Shown piece by piece: positions 9,468-17,569 of a stretch of DNA of 32,000 bases. The translations under genes were made by a program, and so were the position numbers. The stretch is taken from sequence record MT451984.1; one strand, given 5' to 3'. The DNA is from Microbacterium phage Nebulous. Every line of letters begins with the position of its first letter. Positions within the stretch are counted from its first letter, which is position 1. The notes under the pieces were generated by a model. It made no database searches. It saw nothing but the letters and a program-made list of their open reading frames with translations, and was not told the DNA's origin.

Positions 9468-10279
9468 TGGGTGCACTCAAGAACCACCCCGGGATGTGGC
9501 TGCGTGATGACGCGGCTGCGGCCTACAACGCATTCGAGGACAAGTACGGCGTCCAGGTCGTGAACTCGGCCGGTCGCACCGAGGCCCAGCAGCAGACGCT
9601 GATCAACCGCTGGGACCAGGGTGGCGCGCAGAACCGCCCGCCGTACCTGTATCCGCCGGCTCGACCGGCGAACACCAGCCCGCACGTCGTGGACGGTGGC
9701 ATCGCGGTCGACATCCGCGACTACAACTCGCTGAAGAACAAGCTCGCGGAGTTCGGCTTCGTGTGGTATGGCCCCAGCGACCCGGTCCACTTCAACTTCC
9801 GTGGTCGTCCCAACACGGGCGGCGGCTCGCGTCCGGGCTACCAGGACGGCTCGGCCGAGCTGCGCCGGTTCCAGGAGAAGCTCATCAAGATGGGCCACGA
9901 CCTGGGTCCCACGGGTGCTGACGCGGTCTACGGCCCGCGCACCAAGGCCGCAACCCTGCATGAGCAGGGCATGGCCGAGAAGAACGGCTACCCCGGCGGT
10001 CAGGTGACCGACGACGGCTGGCCCGGACCCCAGACCGAGGCTTACCTCGACTGGTGGCTGGGCGGTCGCCCCGGCATCAACCGTCCGTCGCCCAAGTCGG
10101 CCGGAGAGCTGACCTACGCCGACATCCAGTCCGCGCTCCGTCGCCACGGCTACAACATCGCGGTGGACAACATCTGGGGGCCGAAGAGCAGCAACGCGCT
10201 CGCTGACTTCCAGGCGAAGAACGGTCTGAAGGTCGATCGCATCGTCGGCCCGCTCACCTGGGACAAGCTCAACCGCTGA
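9467..10279 (+). CDS. lysA: Endolysin: M15-type D-Ala-D-Ala/L-Ala-D-Glu peptidase plus two peptidoglycan-binding repeats
   Basis: N-terminal SAGRT...SPHVVDGGIAVDIRD...WYGPSDPVHFNFRG matches the M15 H/D/H zinc-ligand pattern. C-terminal repeats are ...GPTGADAVYGPRTKAAL... and ...YNIAVDNIWGPKSSNALADFQAKNGLKVDRIVGPLTWDKL. Confidence 0.88.
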   Translation: MGALKNHPGMWLRDDAAAAYNAFEDKYGVQVVNSAGRTEAQQQTLINRWDQGGAQNRPPYLYPPARPANTSPHVVDGGIAVDIRDYNSLKNKLAEFGFVWYGPSDPVHFNFRGRPNTGGGSRPGYQDGSAELRRFQEKLIKMGHDLGPTGADAVYGPRTKAATLHEQGMAEKNGYPGGQVTDDGWPGPQTEAYLDWWLGGRPGINRPSPKSAGELTYADIQSALRRHGYNIAVDNIWGPKSSNALADFQAKNGLKVDRIVGPLTWDKLNR

Positions 10280-10360
10280 TCCCCTGCCGGTTCTCAAGTC
10301 ACGGAGGGCGGGTGCTGCGCTATGTGGCCTCGCCCTCCCCTCTTACCCCAGGAAGAAACG

Positions 10361-10687
10361 ATGGACCCGGCTATCCTCCAGATCGTCAGCACTATGGGCG
10401 GCTGGGCCATTGCGATCACGGTGGCTATCATCGCACTGGTCCCCAGAAAAGGTTCCCTAGAAAACGCAAGAATCGACCAGCTTCAGGAAGACCTGGCGGC
10501 AGAACGCCAGGCCCGGATAGCTCAGGATACCCGACTTGAGCGCATTGACCGGGTCAACAACCGCTACAGGAAGCGAGACCTCGCATGGCAACGGCACTAT
10601 CACATGATTCAGCAAGGGGTGGAGGCAGGCACGATCCCGCCCTGGCCGGATCTTCCGGATATCATCACGGAGGTGGAGGATGACTGA
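10361..10687 (+). CDS. Small membrane protein of the lysis cassette (1 TM plus coiled region, 108 aa)
   Basis: GGAAG upstream of ATG 10361. [65 protein letters not shown]. Confidence 0.7.
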   Translation: MDPAILQIVSTMGGWAIAITVAIIALVPRKGSLENARIDQLQEDLAAERQARIAQDTRLERIDRVNNRYRKRDLAWQRHYHMIQQGVEAGTIPPWPDLPDIITEVEDD

Positions 10688-11291
10688 GAACGAGCTGCTG
10701 AAGCTGGCGATGAAGGAGAAGCGCCGCCAGGCTCTGATCTTCTCAGCCATCATCGTGATCGTCGTGATCTTCATGGGGCTGGGCTGGCTGGGGTCTGCCA
10801 TCGGCAGGCAGTCCTGGAAGGATCAGGCCGACACCTGGCAGCAGCAGTATCTGGAGCTGTACGACGAGTTCATCCAGGAGGTCGGGCAGACACCTGATGC
10901 ACCGTCACCAGACCAGGTCGCCAAGGAAGGGCCTCAGGGCCAGCCTGGCGAGCCGGGGGCACCTGGTCCAGCTGGCCCCCAGGGCAGCCCCGGCAAGGAC
11001 GGCACAGACGGTCTCACGGGCCTGCCTGGTCCTACTGGTGCGCCGGGTGCTCCCGGCCCTGCTGGCGAGGTCGGCTCTACCGGGCCTGCGGGGGCTACCG
11101 GCCCCCAGGGTCCGCCCGGAGCTCAGGGTGATCCCGGACCCGCTGGTCCGCAAGGCCCTCAGGGTGTGGCCGGACCTGCTGGCCCTACCTGCCCTAGCGG
11201 AATCACCCCGGCGACGGGCTACCTGTACATCTACGATGAGACTGGCGTCTTCGCCACACTGACCCGGGTCACCTACTGCCCGGCACAATAG
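10680..11291 (+). CDS. TM-anchored collagen-like repeat protein (203 aa)
   Basis: N-terminal TM ([26 protein letters not shown]), coiled/linker region, 29 uninterrupted G-X-Y triplets, then a short C-terminal domain with two Cys. Confidence 0.85.
   Translation: MTENELLKLAMKEKRRQALIFSAIIVIVVIFMGLGWLGSAIGRQSWKDQADTWQQQYLELYDEFIQEVGQTPDAPSPDQVAKEGPQGQPGEPGAPGPAGPQGSPGKDGTDGLTGLPGPTGAPGAPGPAGEVGSTGPAGATGPQGPPGAQGDPGPAGPQGPQGVAGPAGPTCPSGITPATGYLYIYDETGVFATLTRVTYCPAQ
10929..11189 (+). repeat. 29 consecutive Gly-X-Y collagen-like triplets
   Basis: Direct reading from [12 protein letters not shown]... to ...GVA GPA GPT. The next triplet is CPS (TGC in place of a Gly codon). Confidence 0.93.
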
Positions 11292-11299
11292 GAGGAACA

Positions 11300-11740
11300 A
11301 TGGTTATCAACAAGTATCTGGCCGGTCTGCTGACCGTGGCAGTTCTGTTCATCACGGCCTTCCAGGCTGCGGTGCAGGACGGCATCACGGTCACCGAGGC
11401 CTGGCAGCTCGCGGGCATGTTCGTCGGTGCGATCGTCACCACGTTCGTCCCGATCACCCCCGGCAAGTGGGCGGCATCGCTCAAGGTGCTCGGTGCCGTC
11501 ATCGGTGCTGGCATCGCTGCGCTGATCCCCTTCCTGACCACGGGCTGGGACGCCAGCGCCATCACCATCGTCGTGCTCGCAGTGGTGAACACCCTGGCTG
11601 TCCAGCTCGGTGTCAACGTCCGGGTGGACTACGCCCGCGCTGCGCTGGCCGACCCGAACAAGTCGGACGCACCTGTCCTGCAGGTCGACCCGAAGGCTGC
11701 TGTCGCTGCCGAGGCAACCCCGAAGCAGAAGATCGCCTAG
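11300..11740 (+). CDS. Holin-like protein (146 aa, multiple TM helices)
   Basis: TM segments LAGLLTVAVLFITAFQAAVQ, AGMFVGAIVTTFVPI, VLGAVIGAGIAALIPFL and ITIVVLAVVNTLAVQLG. SD AGGAGGAA precedes the ATG. Last gene of the rightward unit. Confidence 0.8.
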   Translation: MVINKYLAGLLTVAVLFITAFQAAVQDGITVTEAWQLAGMFVGAIVTTFVPITPGKWAASLKVLGAVIGAGIAALIPFLTTGWDASAITIVVLAVVNTLAVQLGVNVRVDYARAALADPNKSDAPVLQVDPKAAVAAEATPKQKIA

Positions 11741-11756
11741 CTCGAGCCGGCTCCCT

Positions 11757-11787
11757 GGCACCCCTGGCCCCCGTGGCTGGGGGTGCC
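11757..11787 (+). terminator. Terminator-like hairpin after the rightward tail/lysis unit
   Basis: Perfect 8-bp stem GGCACCCC/GGGGTGCC, 17 bp after the holin stop. Confidence 0.65.
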
Positions 11788-11866
11788 TTGGCGTGTAGGG
11801 CCTTGCTCGAGCCTCTCGACAGGAGATCGAGCAGCTTGGCACCCCTGCCCCTCCCCCAATACACCA

Positions 11867-11897
11867 AGCGGCCCTCTCGCTAGGCGAGAGAGCCGCT
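11867..11897. terminator. Bidirectional terminator-like hairpin between convergent units
   Basis: AGCGGC-C-CTCTCGC tag GCGAGAG-A-GCCGCT: 6+7 bp stem, one mismatch, 3-nt loop, located 14 bp from the minus-strand gene stop. Confidence 0.75.
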
Positions 11898-11910
11898 CAG
11901 AGCTGCTGGG

Positions 11911-12114
11911 CTACGGCATCAAAGGGAACCGGTCACTGTGCTTGACAACCTTGATGCCAAGGTCTGTCTCCAGCCGCCCGCGCTGGTGGTCAACCCAGCG
12001 ATAGCGGATGACGTGAGCTTCGTTCCCTTCCGGGTCGATGATGACGTCCCCGTGCTCCAGCTCTTGCGCCTTCTTCGTGGGGAAGCTGTTCACCTTGCCC
12101 ATGTCAGGCCTCAA
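11911..12114 (-). CDS. Hypothetical protein (67 aa)
   Basis: Intact ORF in the minus-strand operon. LEHGDVIIDPEGNEAHVIRYRW resembles the neighbouring protein's GDTVVDFRGEEWIF pattern. Confidence 0.65.
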   Translation of the reverse strand: MRPDMGKVNSFPTKKAQELEHGDVIIDPEGNEAHVIRYRWVDHQRGRLETDLGIKVVKHSDRFPLMP

Positions 12115-12310
12115 CCTTCAGTGACGGGAAGACGGTGGAGTAGAACTCCCGCTTGCCGCCTTCGGGCTTGCTGACCTGGATCTTGGCGCTGCGGCCTTCG
12201 CCGGCGAACCGGGTGACCTCGATGAAGATCCACTCCTCGCCGCGGAAGTCCACGACGGTGTCACCGTGGGTGATGCTGCGCCCGGTGTCGGTGTTGATTA
12301 CTGTTGCCAT
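12104..12310 (-). CDS. Hypothetical protein (68 aa)
   Basis: ATG at 12310 with SD 'aaggagaaggaag'. MATVINTDTGRSITHGDTVVDFRGEEWIFIEVTRF... Confidence 0.7.
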   Translation of the reverse strand: MATVINTDTGRSITHGDTVVDFRGEEWIFIEVTRFAGEGRSAKIQVSKPEGGKREFYSTVFPSLKVEA

Positions 12311-12332
12311 TCTTCCTTCTCCTTGGGTTGGA

Positions 12333-12355
12333 GGGAGGCCCGGTGTGGGCCTCCC
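12333..12355 (-). terminator. Terminator-like hairpin downstream of the 12364-13263 gene
   Basis: Perfect 9-bp stem GGGAGGCCC/GGGCCTCCC, 5-nt loop, 8 bp past the stop. Confidence 0.65.
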
Positions 12356-12363
12356 CTTGGGGT

Positions 12364-13263
12364 TCAGATCCAGCTTCCCTTGCTGGGGCGGCTACCGAAC
12401 GCGAACGCGACGTCGTCCTTGCTGGGCTCCAGTGTGGCCGTGAACGTGATGCGACGGCCCTTGAGCCCCTTCCACTGGCTCTCCTGGCCCTGCGCGGTGC
12501 CCTCAAACCAGACCGTCGGGCCGAAGGTGTAGTCGTCATACCCTGCGGCCAGGTACTCCTCGCGGAAGCTGTCGAACGCCTCGTCAGCCTGCGCCTTGGG
12601 CAGCGATGCCCAGACCTTGTATCCCGCGTCGTCCTTGACGAGGATCTTGTAGGCGGTGCCGTAGTCACCCTCCACGACCTTCGTGCTGATGATCTCGCCG
12701 GTCACGGCCACACGACCCGAGGGGGCCGGGTGGGCTGCGGCCTCAGCCTGCTGCGCCGTGCGCTTGACGGCCTTGTCAGCAAGGACCTCGAGCTGGCGGG
12801 CGGTGAACGGGCGCTCGTCCAGCTTCCAGAGCTGGTCGGTCATGGCGAGCAGGAAGCTGTCACGCTCGTTGGCGCTGGGGTAGACGTCGCCCTCGGGCTG
12901 GTCCCAGGCACGAACGTTGACGACGCTGGTGAGCAGCGCCCACACGGCGGGGTGAGAAGCCTCGAGGGCGTCCCAGGCTGCGGTGCGCTTGGCCAGCTTG
13001 GCGAGGCGCTCCTGCTCCCGCTTGGCGTCGCGACGGTCCTGGGCGACGCGCTTGCCGTGGCACCATGCCTGAGCCTGCTCCAGCGTGCCCAGCTCGTCAC
13101 CCAGCTTGGCGGACGAGTCACGGCAGAGGTAGCACTTGCTGTCAAAGCCGTCGAACAGGTAGTGGCCGGTCCCACCGCAACGGCGGCAACCCTTCCAGAA
13201 GGTGCCTTCAAACTCGAGGAAGGTGTAGCCCTCGTGCTCGTGGGTGGTGATGTTCATGAACAT
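12364..13263 (-). CDS. DnaJ-type zinc-finger-containing protein with OB-fold-like C-terminal region (299 aa), unknown function
   Basis: CRRCGGTGHYLFDGFDSKCYLC has CxxCxGxG...CxxC. The C-terminus reads GRVAVTGEIISTKVVEGDYGTAYKILVKDDAGYKVWASLP. Preferred start MFMNITTHEHEG at 13263 (SD 'aaggagcacacc') rather than the track start at 13401. Confidence 0.75.
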   Translation of the reverse strand: MFMNITTHEHEGYTFLEFEGTFWKGCRRCGGTGHYLFDGFDSKCYLCRDSSAKLGDELGTLEQAQAWCHGKRVAQDRRDAKREQERLAKLAKRTAAWDALEASHPAVWALLTSVVNVRAWDQPEGDVYPSANERDSFLLAMTDQLWKLDERPFTARQLEVLADKAVKRTAQQAEAAAHPAPSGRVAVTGEIISTKVVEGDYGTAYKILVKDDAGYKVWASLPKAQADEAFDSFREEYLAAGYDDYTFGPTVWFEGTAQGQESQWKGLKGRRITFTATLEPSKDDVAFAFGSRPSKGSWI

Positions 13264-13302
13264 GGTGTGCTCCTTGCGCTGAGCGGGGTGGTTGATGAGA
13301 CA

Positions 13303-13331
13303 AGAGTACCTCATCCTCAAACATGCCGCAA
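13303..13331 (-). promoter_or_regulatory. Sigma70-like promoter A: TTGCGG-17-TACTCT
   Basis: Intergenic, upstream of the 12364-13263 gene, followed by TGTCTCATCA. Aligns with promoters B, C, D and E. Confidence 0.55.
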
Positions 13332-13359
13332 CCCCCAAGTTGAAGAACCTGGGGGTTGC
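13328..13359 (-). terminator. Strong hairpin overlapping the -35 of promoter A
   Basis: GCAACCCCCAAGTT gaag AACCTGGGGGTTGC: 14-bp stem with one mismatch and a 4-nt loop, 11 bp after the 13371-13946 stop. Confidence 0.65.
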
Positions 13360-13370
13360 TGGCGTGGGGC

Positions 13371-13946
13371 TCATGCGGCGTCGGTGATGGTGACGATCCA
13401 CTGACCGCGCTTGGGGTTGGCGACGTCCACCTTGACCGGTCCGCCCTGCGCCTTGGCGTAGGCCGTGGCGTCCTTCTTGTTGGTGAACTCCCGGCGAGCG
13501 TAGCCGGTGCTAGGCTCGGGCTCCACGACGGTCAGTGTGGCCGGAGCAGCCTTGGCACCGTAGTACTCGTTCAGCGCCTTGCGGGTGGGCTCGTTGGCGT
13601 TCTGCTCGAGGGCGTCGATGAGGTAGTTGACGTCACCACCCTCGACCAGTGCGTCGACCAGGAACTTGAGCGCGTCCTGGAAGCCGGTCTGGTAGGCGCG
13701 GGCCTCCTTGTGGTTGTTGAGGTTGACCTTGGCGTTGGTGGGGTTCACCTTGATGCGCTCCCGGCATCCGTCGCAGAAGTCCTCGCCGTGCGTGTAGTAC
13801 GCCAGCTTCTCGGTCTTGCTGTTCACGATGGTCTTGTGGTCTTCGCAGAAGGTGACCCAGGGGCCGTCAGTCGCGTCGGCGTTGAGCTCGGTGGCGCGGG
13901 CGACGGTCAGGGTCTCACCGGTGCTGCGGATCTTGCGAGTGTACAT
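13371..13946 (-). CDS. Hypothetical protein (191 aa) with paired Cys/His motifs
   Basis: ORF start preceded by SD 'aaggagcatc'. VTFCEDHK...DFCDGCRERI. Confidence 0.7.
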   Translation of the reverse strand: MYTRKIRSTGETLTVARATELNADATDGPWVTFCEDHKTIVNSKTEKLAYYTHGEDFCDGCRERIKVNPTNAKVNLNNHKEARAYQTGFQDALKFLVDALVEGGDVNYLIDALEQNANEPTRKALNEYYGAKAAPATLTVVEPEPSTGYARREFTNKKDATAYAKAQGGPVKVDVANPKRGQWIVTITDAA

Positions 13947-13994
13947 GATGCTCCTTGAAGGTTTGAGAGGCTGTGGGGCCTTGCTGATGAGATC

Positions 13995-14023
13995 AGGCTA
14001 CTCGGTCTTCAAGGTGTGCGCAA
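13995..14023 (-). promoter_or_regulatory. Sigma70-like promoter B: TTGCGC-17-TAGCCT
   Basis: Intergenic, upstream of the 13371-13946 gene, followed by GATCTCATCA. A/T-rich tract TAGAAAACTTTTTTCC just upstream. Confidence 0.55.
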
Positions 14024-14044
14024 GCTCAGATGGAAAAAAGTTTT

Positions 14045-15724
14045 CTAGTCTTCCAGGTTCGGGCGTTTGATGATGCGCAGGTGGTCGTCGATGTAGTGCT
14101 GCCCGCTGGCGCGCTTGGTCTGCACACCCATCCGGAGCAGGTCCTCATCTTCAGCCGGCGAAGCCAGGCTCATGATGAAGTCAGACCAGGCGTGCAGTGC
14201 TGTCGCACCCAGGATGCTCTCCTGAATGCTCTCACCCTTCTCGAAGACCCGCTTGCGAGTATGGTGGATGAACAGCACTGCACACCCGGTCGCCTTGGCA
14301 ATGTCCTTTACTGGCTTCAGCACGGCATACATCTCCTTCTGATCGGAGACGTTGCCCTTGCCAATGGCCATGGACAGAGTGTCAATGATGACAAGCTTGA
14401 GGTCATGCTTGAGGATGGTCTCCAGGAGACGCTGCTGGTCCTCAGGCGTGCTCAGGTCAACCTGAGCGAAGTTGGTGTGCAGTTCCATGGGCACGGGCGG
14501 CTCCCAGACGAGCGACCCGCGCTCCTCCGGCTTGATGTGGCCATCCCAGTGGAACTTCTCGCGGCCGTGGTTCAGACCAGCTTCCAGGCGTTCAGCGAAC
14601 AGGTACTCACCGTCCTCTAGGGACAGGAAGCCCACGGGCCGGGGCCGGGGCACGCTGATGCCGAGCGGGCGCTTGCCGGTAGCCAAGCCCAGCGCGATCT
14701 CGATGGCGACGCGGGTCTTGCCCACCTTGGGGGCAGCGACGATGAGACCGCATCCGGCCTCGGGGATGATGCCAGGCAGAACCCACTTGAAGGGCTTGCG
14801 CAGGACCGTTCCGAAGTCGGAGACGGTGGCCATGTCCCAGGCTTCAATGGGCTCGTCCTCGTCTGCGAAGTCGTGCTCGACCTGCTCCTGGGCCTGCCGC
14901 TGCTCGTCGTCCTTGGGCTTGGTGGGCTGGGCCTCATAGGACTTGGCGATGTCATCCTTGAGCCGGTCAGGGTCATCGGCCCACTTGTTCCACTTGGTGG
15001 CCTTGATCAGCTTGAACGTGAGGTCCTGGGGCAGCCCCAGCTCGGCAGCCGTGCGGCCGAACTTCCAGAGGAGCTTGCTGCGGTCGCCATAGGGGTCCTC
15101 GGCTGCCAGCTCGCTCGCCAGCCCTGCGGGGAAGCCCAGCTGACGGGCCACACGCTGAAGCAGCAGCGCCCGCGTGTAGACGGTTCCCTGCGTGCGCAGG
15201 ACCTTGCCGTGGAACGCCTTGCCCTTGTGATGCCACGTGCCAGGCACCCGGAGAAGCTGACTGACATCCACGCCTGACTTGTCAGCGCCGATGGCCTGCG
15301 TCAGCATACCCATGAAGCCGTCACGGTGGAACTCGCTGACCGGCATCTCGTCCTTGAGAAGCCAGATAGCTTGGATGTGGCCGGGGCTGGTCTCCCACAT
15401 GTACGAGGGCTTCAGAGACTCTACGAGAGCCCTGTCGTAGGACTCGTCGCAGTCTACCCAGACCGCACGCTGCGCGGGGTAGTTGCTGGCTACTGAGCTC
15501 CTCTTGACGCGCCTGGTCTCACCGTGGCTGACAGCCGGTGTCCAGTACCAGTCGACGTCGTCGTCGGGCTGCGGCAGCTTGGGGGCCGCGCTGCTGATGA
15601 TGGGTCCCTCGCGGAACCGTTCGGTCTCCTTGCCGATGTTGCTGATGCTGGGCATCCAGACATTACCCTTGATGCCCGAGTGCTGCCATACCTTGCGGAC
15701 TAGGTCGAGAGGGTTGCTATCCAC
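14045..15724 (-). CDS. Primase-helicase: RepA/AAA_25-like P-loop ATPase with an N-terminal primase-like region
   Basis: Walker A APKVGKTRVAIEIA, Walker B LKLVIIDTLS, FIHHTRK. The N-terminus has WYWTPAVSHG...AVWVDCDES...SGVDVSQLLRVPGTWHHK, reminiscent of AEP/RepB primase-like domains. Confidence 0.8.
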   Translation of the reverse strand: MDSNPLDLVRKVWQHSGIKGNVWMPSISNIGKETERFREGPIISSAAPKLPQPDDDVDWYWTPAVSHGETRRVKRSSVASNYPAQRAVWVDCDESYDRALVESLKPSYMWETSPGHIQAIWLLKDEMPVSEFHRDGFMGMLTQAIGADKSGVDVSQLLRVPGTWHHKGKAFHGKVLRTQGTVYTRALLLQRVARQLGFPAGLASELAAEDPYGDRSKLLWKFGRTAAELGLPQDLTFKLIKATKWNKWADDPDRLKDDIAKSYEAQPTKPKDDEQRQAQEQVEHDFADEDEPIEAWDMATVSDFGTVLRKPFKWVLPGIIPEAGCGLIVAAPKVGKTRVAIEIALGLATGKRPLGISVPRPRPVGFLSLEDGEYLFAERLEAGLNHGREKFHWDGHIKPEERGSLVWEPPVPMELHTNFAQVDLSTPEDQQRLLETILKHDLKLVIIDTLSMAIGKGNVSDQKEMYAVLKPVKDIAKATGCAVLFIHHTRKRVFEKGESIQESILGATALHAWSDFIMSLASPAEDEDLLRMGVQTKRASGQHYIDDHLRIIKRPNLED

Positions 15725-15993
15725 TCCACTACTTCCTGAACCTGGGGGTCATGGCTGACAAACGTTGCGCCGCCTGCCTGACGTAGCTTCCTGAGATTGT
15801 ACTTCTGTGCGTCGCTCGGCTTCTCCCGTGCGCTGCGCTTGGCTTCAATGGCGAAGAACCTGCCATGAGCCGAACCGACGATGTCGGGGGTGCCCTTCTG
15901 CTGAAAGGCACCCCCGTGAGTGCGGAAGCAGTACACACCGGGGATGGCGTTGAGACGGGCCATCATCCGACGGACGACTTCCGCCTCTTCCAT
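15700..15993 (-). CDS. VRR-NUC family nuclease (97 aa)
   Basis: YCFRTHGGAFQQKGTPDIVGSAHGRFFAIEAKRSAREKPSDAQKYNLRKLRQAGGATFVSH has the GxPDI...ExK...Q active-site spacing. Confidence 0.88.
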   Translation of the reverse strand: MEEAEVVRRMMARLNAIPGVYCFRTHGGAFQQKGTPDIVGSAHGRFFAIEAKRSAREKPSDAQKYNLRKLRQAGGATFVSHDPQVQEVVEWIATLST

Positions 15994-16844
15994 CAGCGGC
16001 GGCGGACGGTGCGGCGCGCGGGTGCTGCGGCCTTGGCGGCAGGCTTGGCGGCGGGCTTCTTGGCCGGAGCGGCACGGCGGCGGGGAGCCGGCTCGGGCTC
16101 CTCGTCCTCCTCATCCTCTTCGTCCTCGTCGTCGAAGTCTTCGTCGTCCAGGTCCTCGTCACCGAGGTCTTCGTCGTCGTCTTCGTCTTCCTCGTCGTCG
16201 CCGGCGAGCTCCTCCTCCAGGACCAGCTCCACGAGCTCATCCTTCTTGACGCCTTCGGTGTCGATGCCGAGGCCCTTGGCGCGCTTGCGCAGGGCAGCGA
16301 GGGTCAGGGCCTCGATCTCCTCGCGGAGCTCGTCGTCCTCCTCGTCACCCTCGTCCTCGTCGGCGTCCTCTTCCTCGCCGTCGTAGTCCTCGTCCTCGAC
16401 CTCGTCGTCTTCGACCTCGTCCTCGTCGTCTGCGACACGGTCGTCGTCATCGATGATGGAACGGTCGTAGACGCCGTCGATCTCGCTGCGGCCTGCGTAC
16501 TGCCCGGTCGCGTCGCTGACCTCGGCCGCGATGATCTTGCCGACCGGCGCGTCCGGGTCGAGACCGATGCGCTTCTTCGGCACCGGGATGCCAGCCGCCG
16601 TGAACAGGTCACGGAGCTTGAAGAGCTGGTTGGCCTGGTGCTTGCAGTAGTACGGGAAGAGCCGCGTCTTGTACTTCGGGTTCGTCGGACGCAGACCGTA
16701 GGTCCACATCGGCGTGCCGTCGTTCGCGTCCTTCAGGTCCACCAGCTCGACCTTGAACTCGTGGAGGCCTTCCGGCATCTCCTTGGAGTTCCATCCCGAG
16801 CGCTCCTCGACCTTGCTGAAGTCAAGGGTGATCTTCTTTCCCAT
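15993..16844 (-). CDS. Probable ssDNA-binding/recombination-associated protein (DUF669-like N-terminus) with acidic linker, SAP/HeH-like helical domain and basic tail
   Basis: N-terminus LDFSKVEERSGWNSKEMPEGLHEFKVELVDLKD...; long D/E tracts; LTLAALRKRAKGLGIDTEGVKKDELVELVLEE; tail RRRAAPAKKPAAKPAAKAAAPARRTVRRR. Confidence 0.7.
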   Translation of the reverse strand: MGKKITLDFSKVEERSGWNSKEMPEGLHEFKVELVDLKDANDGTPMWTYGLRPTNPKYKTRLFPYYCKHQANQLFKLRDLFTAAGIPVPKKRIGLDPDAPVGKIIAAEVSDATGQYAGRSEIDGVYDRSIIDDDDRVADDEDEVEDDEVEDEDYDGEEEDADEDEGDEEDDELREEIEALTLAALRKRAKGLGIDTEGVKKDELVELVLEEELAGDDEEDEDDDEDLGDEDLDDEDFDDEDEEDEEDEEPEPAPRRRAAPAKKPAAKPAAKAAAPARRTVRRR

Positions 16845-16868
16845 GTTGGTGTCTTCCTTCTTGTTATT

Positions 16869-16891
16869 CTCGGCTAGCGGGTCCAGCCGAG
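16869..16891 (-). terminator. Short hairpin spanning the stop codon of the 16874-17569 gene
   Basis: CTCGGCT...AGCCGAG: 7-bp stem, 9-nt loop. The stop codon (TAG, minus strand) lies in the stem/loop. Confidence 0.4.
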
Positions 16892-17569
16892 AAGCTGGTT
16901 CAGCCGCCCGATGCTGGGCTGCTTGAGATAGGGGGGAGTGCCGTGGTAGGTGTCGCTGCGGGCACCGGCCACAATGCTAGCACTAGGTCCGAGCCAGAGC
17001 CGGCGAACGGGCTTGTCGTTCACGTTGGCGATGTACAGACGACCGATCGCGTCGCTCATCTGCAGGAGTGCGCTGGCTGCGCCCGCGGACAGATCGACGG
17101 TGATCATCGCCGTCTGGTCTTCGTCCTCGTCCTCAGGGGTCCACTCCTGCTTCCCGTCGGCACCAAGGCCCTGACCCGGCAGAATGAACCGCTCCTGGGC
17201 CAGCACGATGACATCCTTGCCGCTGTCGCGCAGGGTGCGGATGAGTGTGGCCAGGGCGTTGTTCGCGACCCCGAAGTCCTGCTTCCTGATCTGGGCACCA
17301 GGGCCACCAGCCGACTCCTGCTGGAACAGGGTGTGCAGGCTGGTGGCGGTGTCCACGACGAACCGCTGATGCTTCGCGAGGAACGTGCTGTTCACGGTCT
17401 TGTTGATGCTGCGGCTGGTCAGGTCTTCCAGGATGGTCATGCCCCGTGTGTTGATGCCCAGCAGGCCACGGTCAGCGCTGAACACTGCCGTCTTCCCTGC
17501 TGGTGCATCCTTGAGGGCCAGCGTGGTCTTCCCCACCTTGGGGCGACCGTAGATGGTGATGACGCTCAT
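16874..17569 (-). CDS. Sak4-like/AAA_24 RecA-fold ATPase, likely recombination mediator
   Basis: MSVITIYGRPKVGKTTLALKDAPAGKTAVFSADRG...FVVDTATSL...DVIVLAQERF. Start at 17569 preferred over track start 17698. Confidence 0.8.
   Translation of the reverse strand: MSVITIYGRPKVGKTTLALKDAPAGKTAVFSADRGLLGINTRGMTILEDLTSRSINKTVNSTFLAKHQRFVVDTATSLHTLFQQESAGGPGAQIRKQDFGVANNALATLIRTLRDSGKDVIVLAQERFILPGQGLGADGKQEWTPEDEDEDQTAMITVDLSAGAASALLQMSDAIGRLYIANVNDKPVRRLWLGPSASIVAGARSDTYHGTPPYLKQPSIGRLNQLLGWTR

Noticed and set aside
9329-10297. 322-aa minus-strand ORF
   Set aside because: Antisense to the endolysin, with no recognisable domains.
10929-11189. Possible CRISPR or DNA satellite because of the regular 9-nt periodicity
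   Set aside because: Periodicity comes from Gly-X-Y codons; the nucleotide repeats are degenerate with no spacer structure.
12304-13404. 366-aa plus-strand ORF
   Set aside because: Antisense to the zinc-finger gene and crosses a terminator hairpin and intergenic region.
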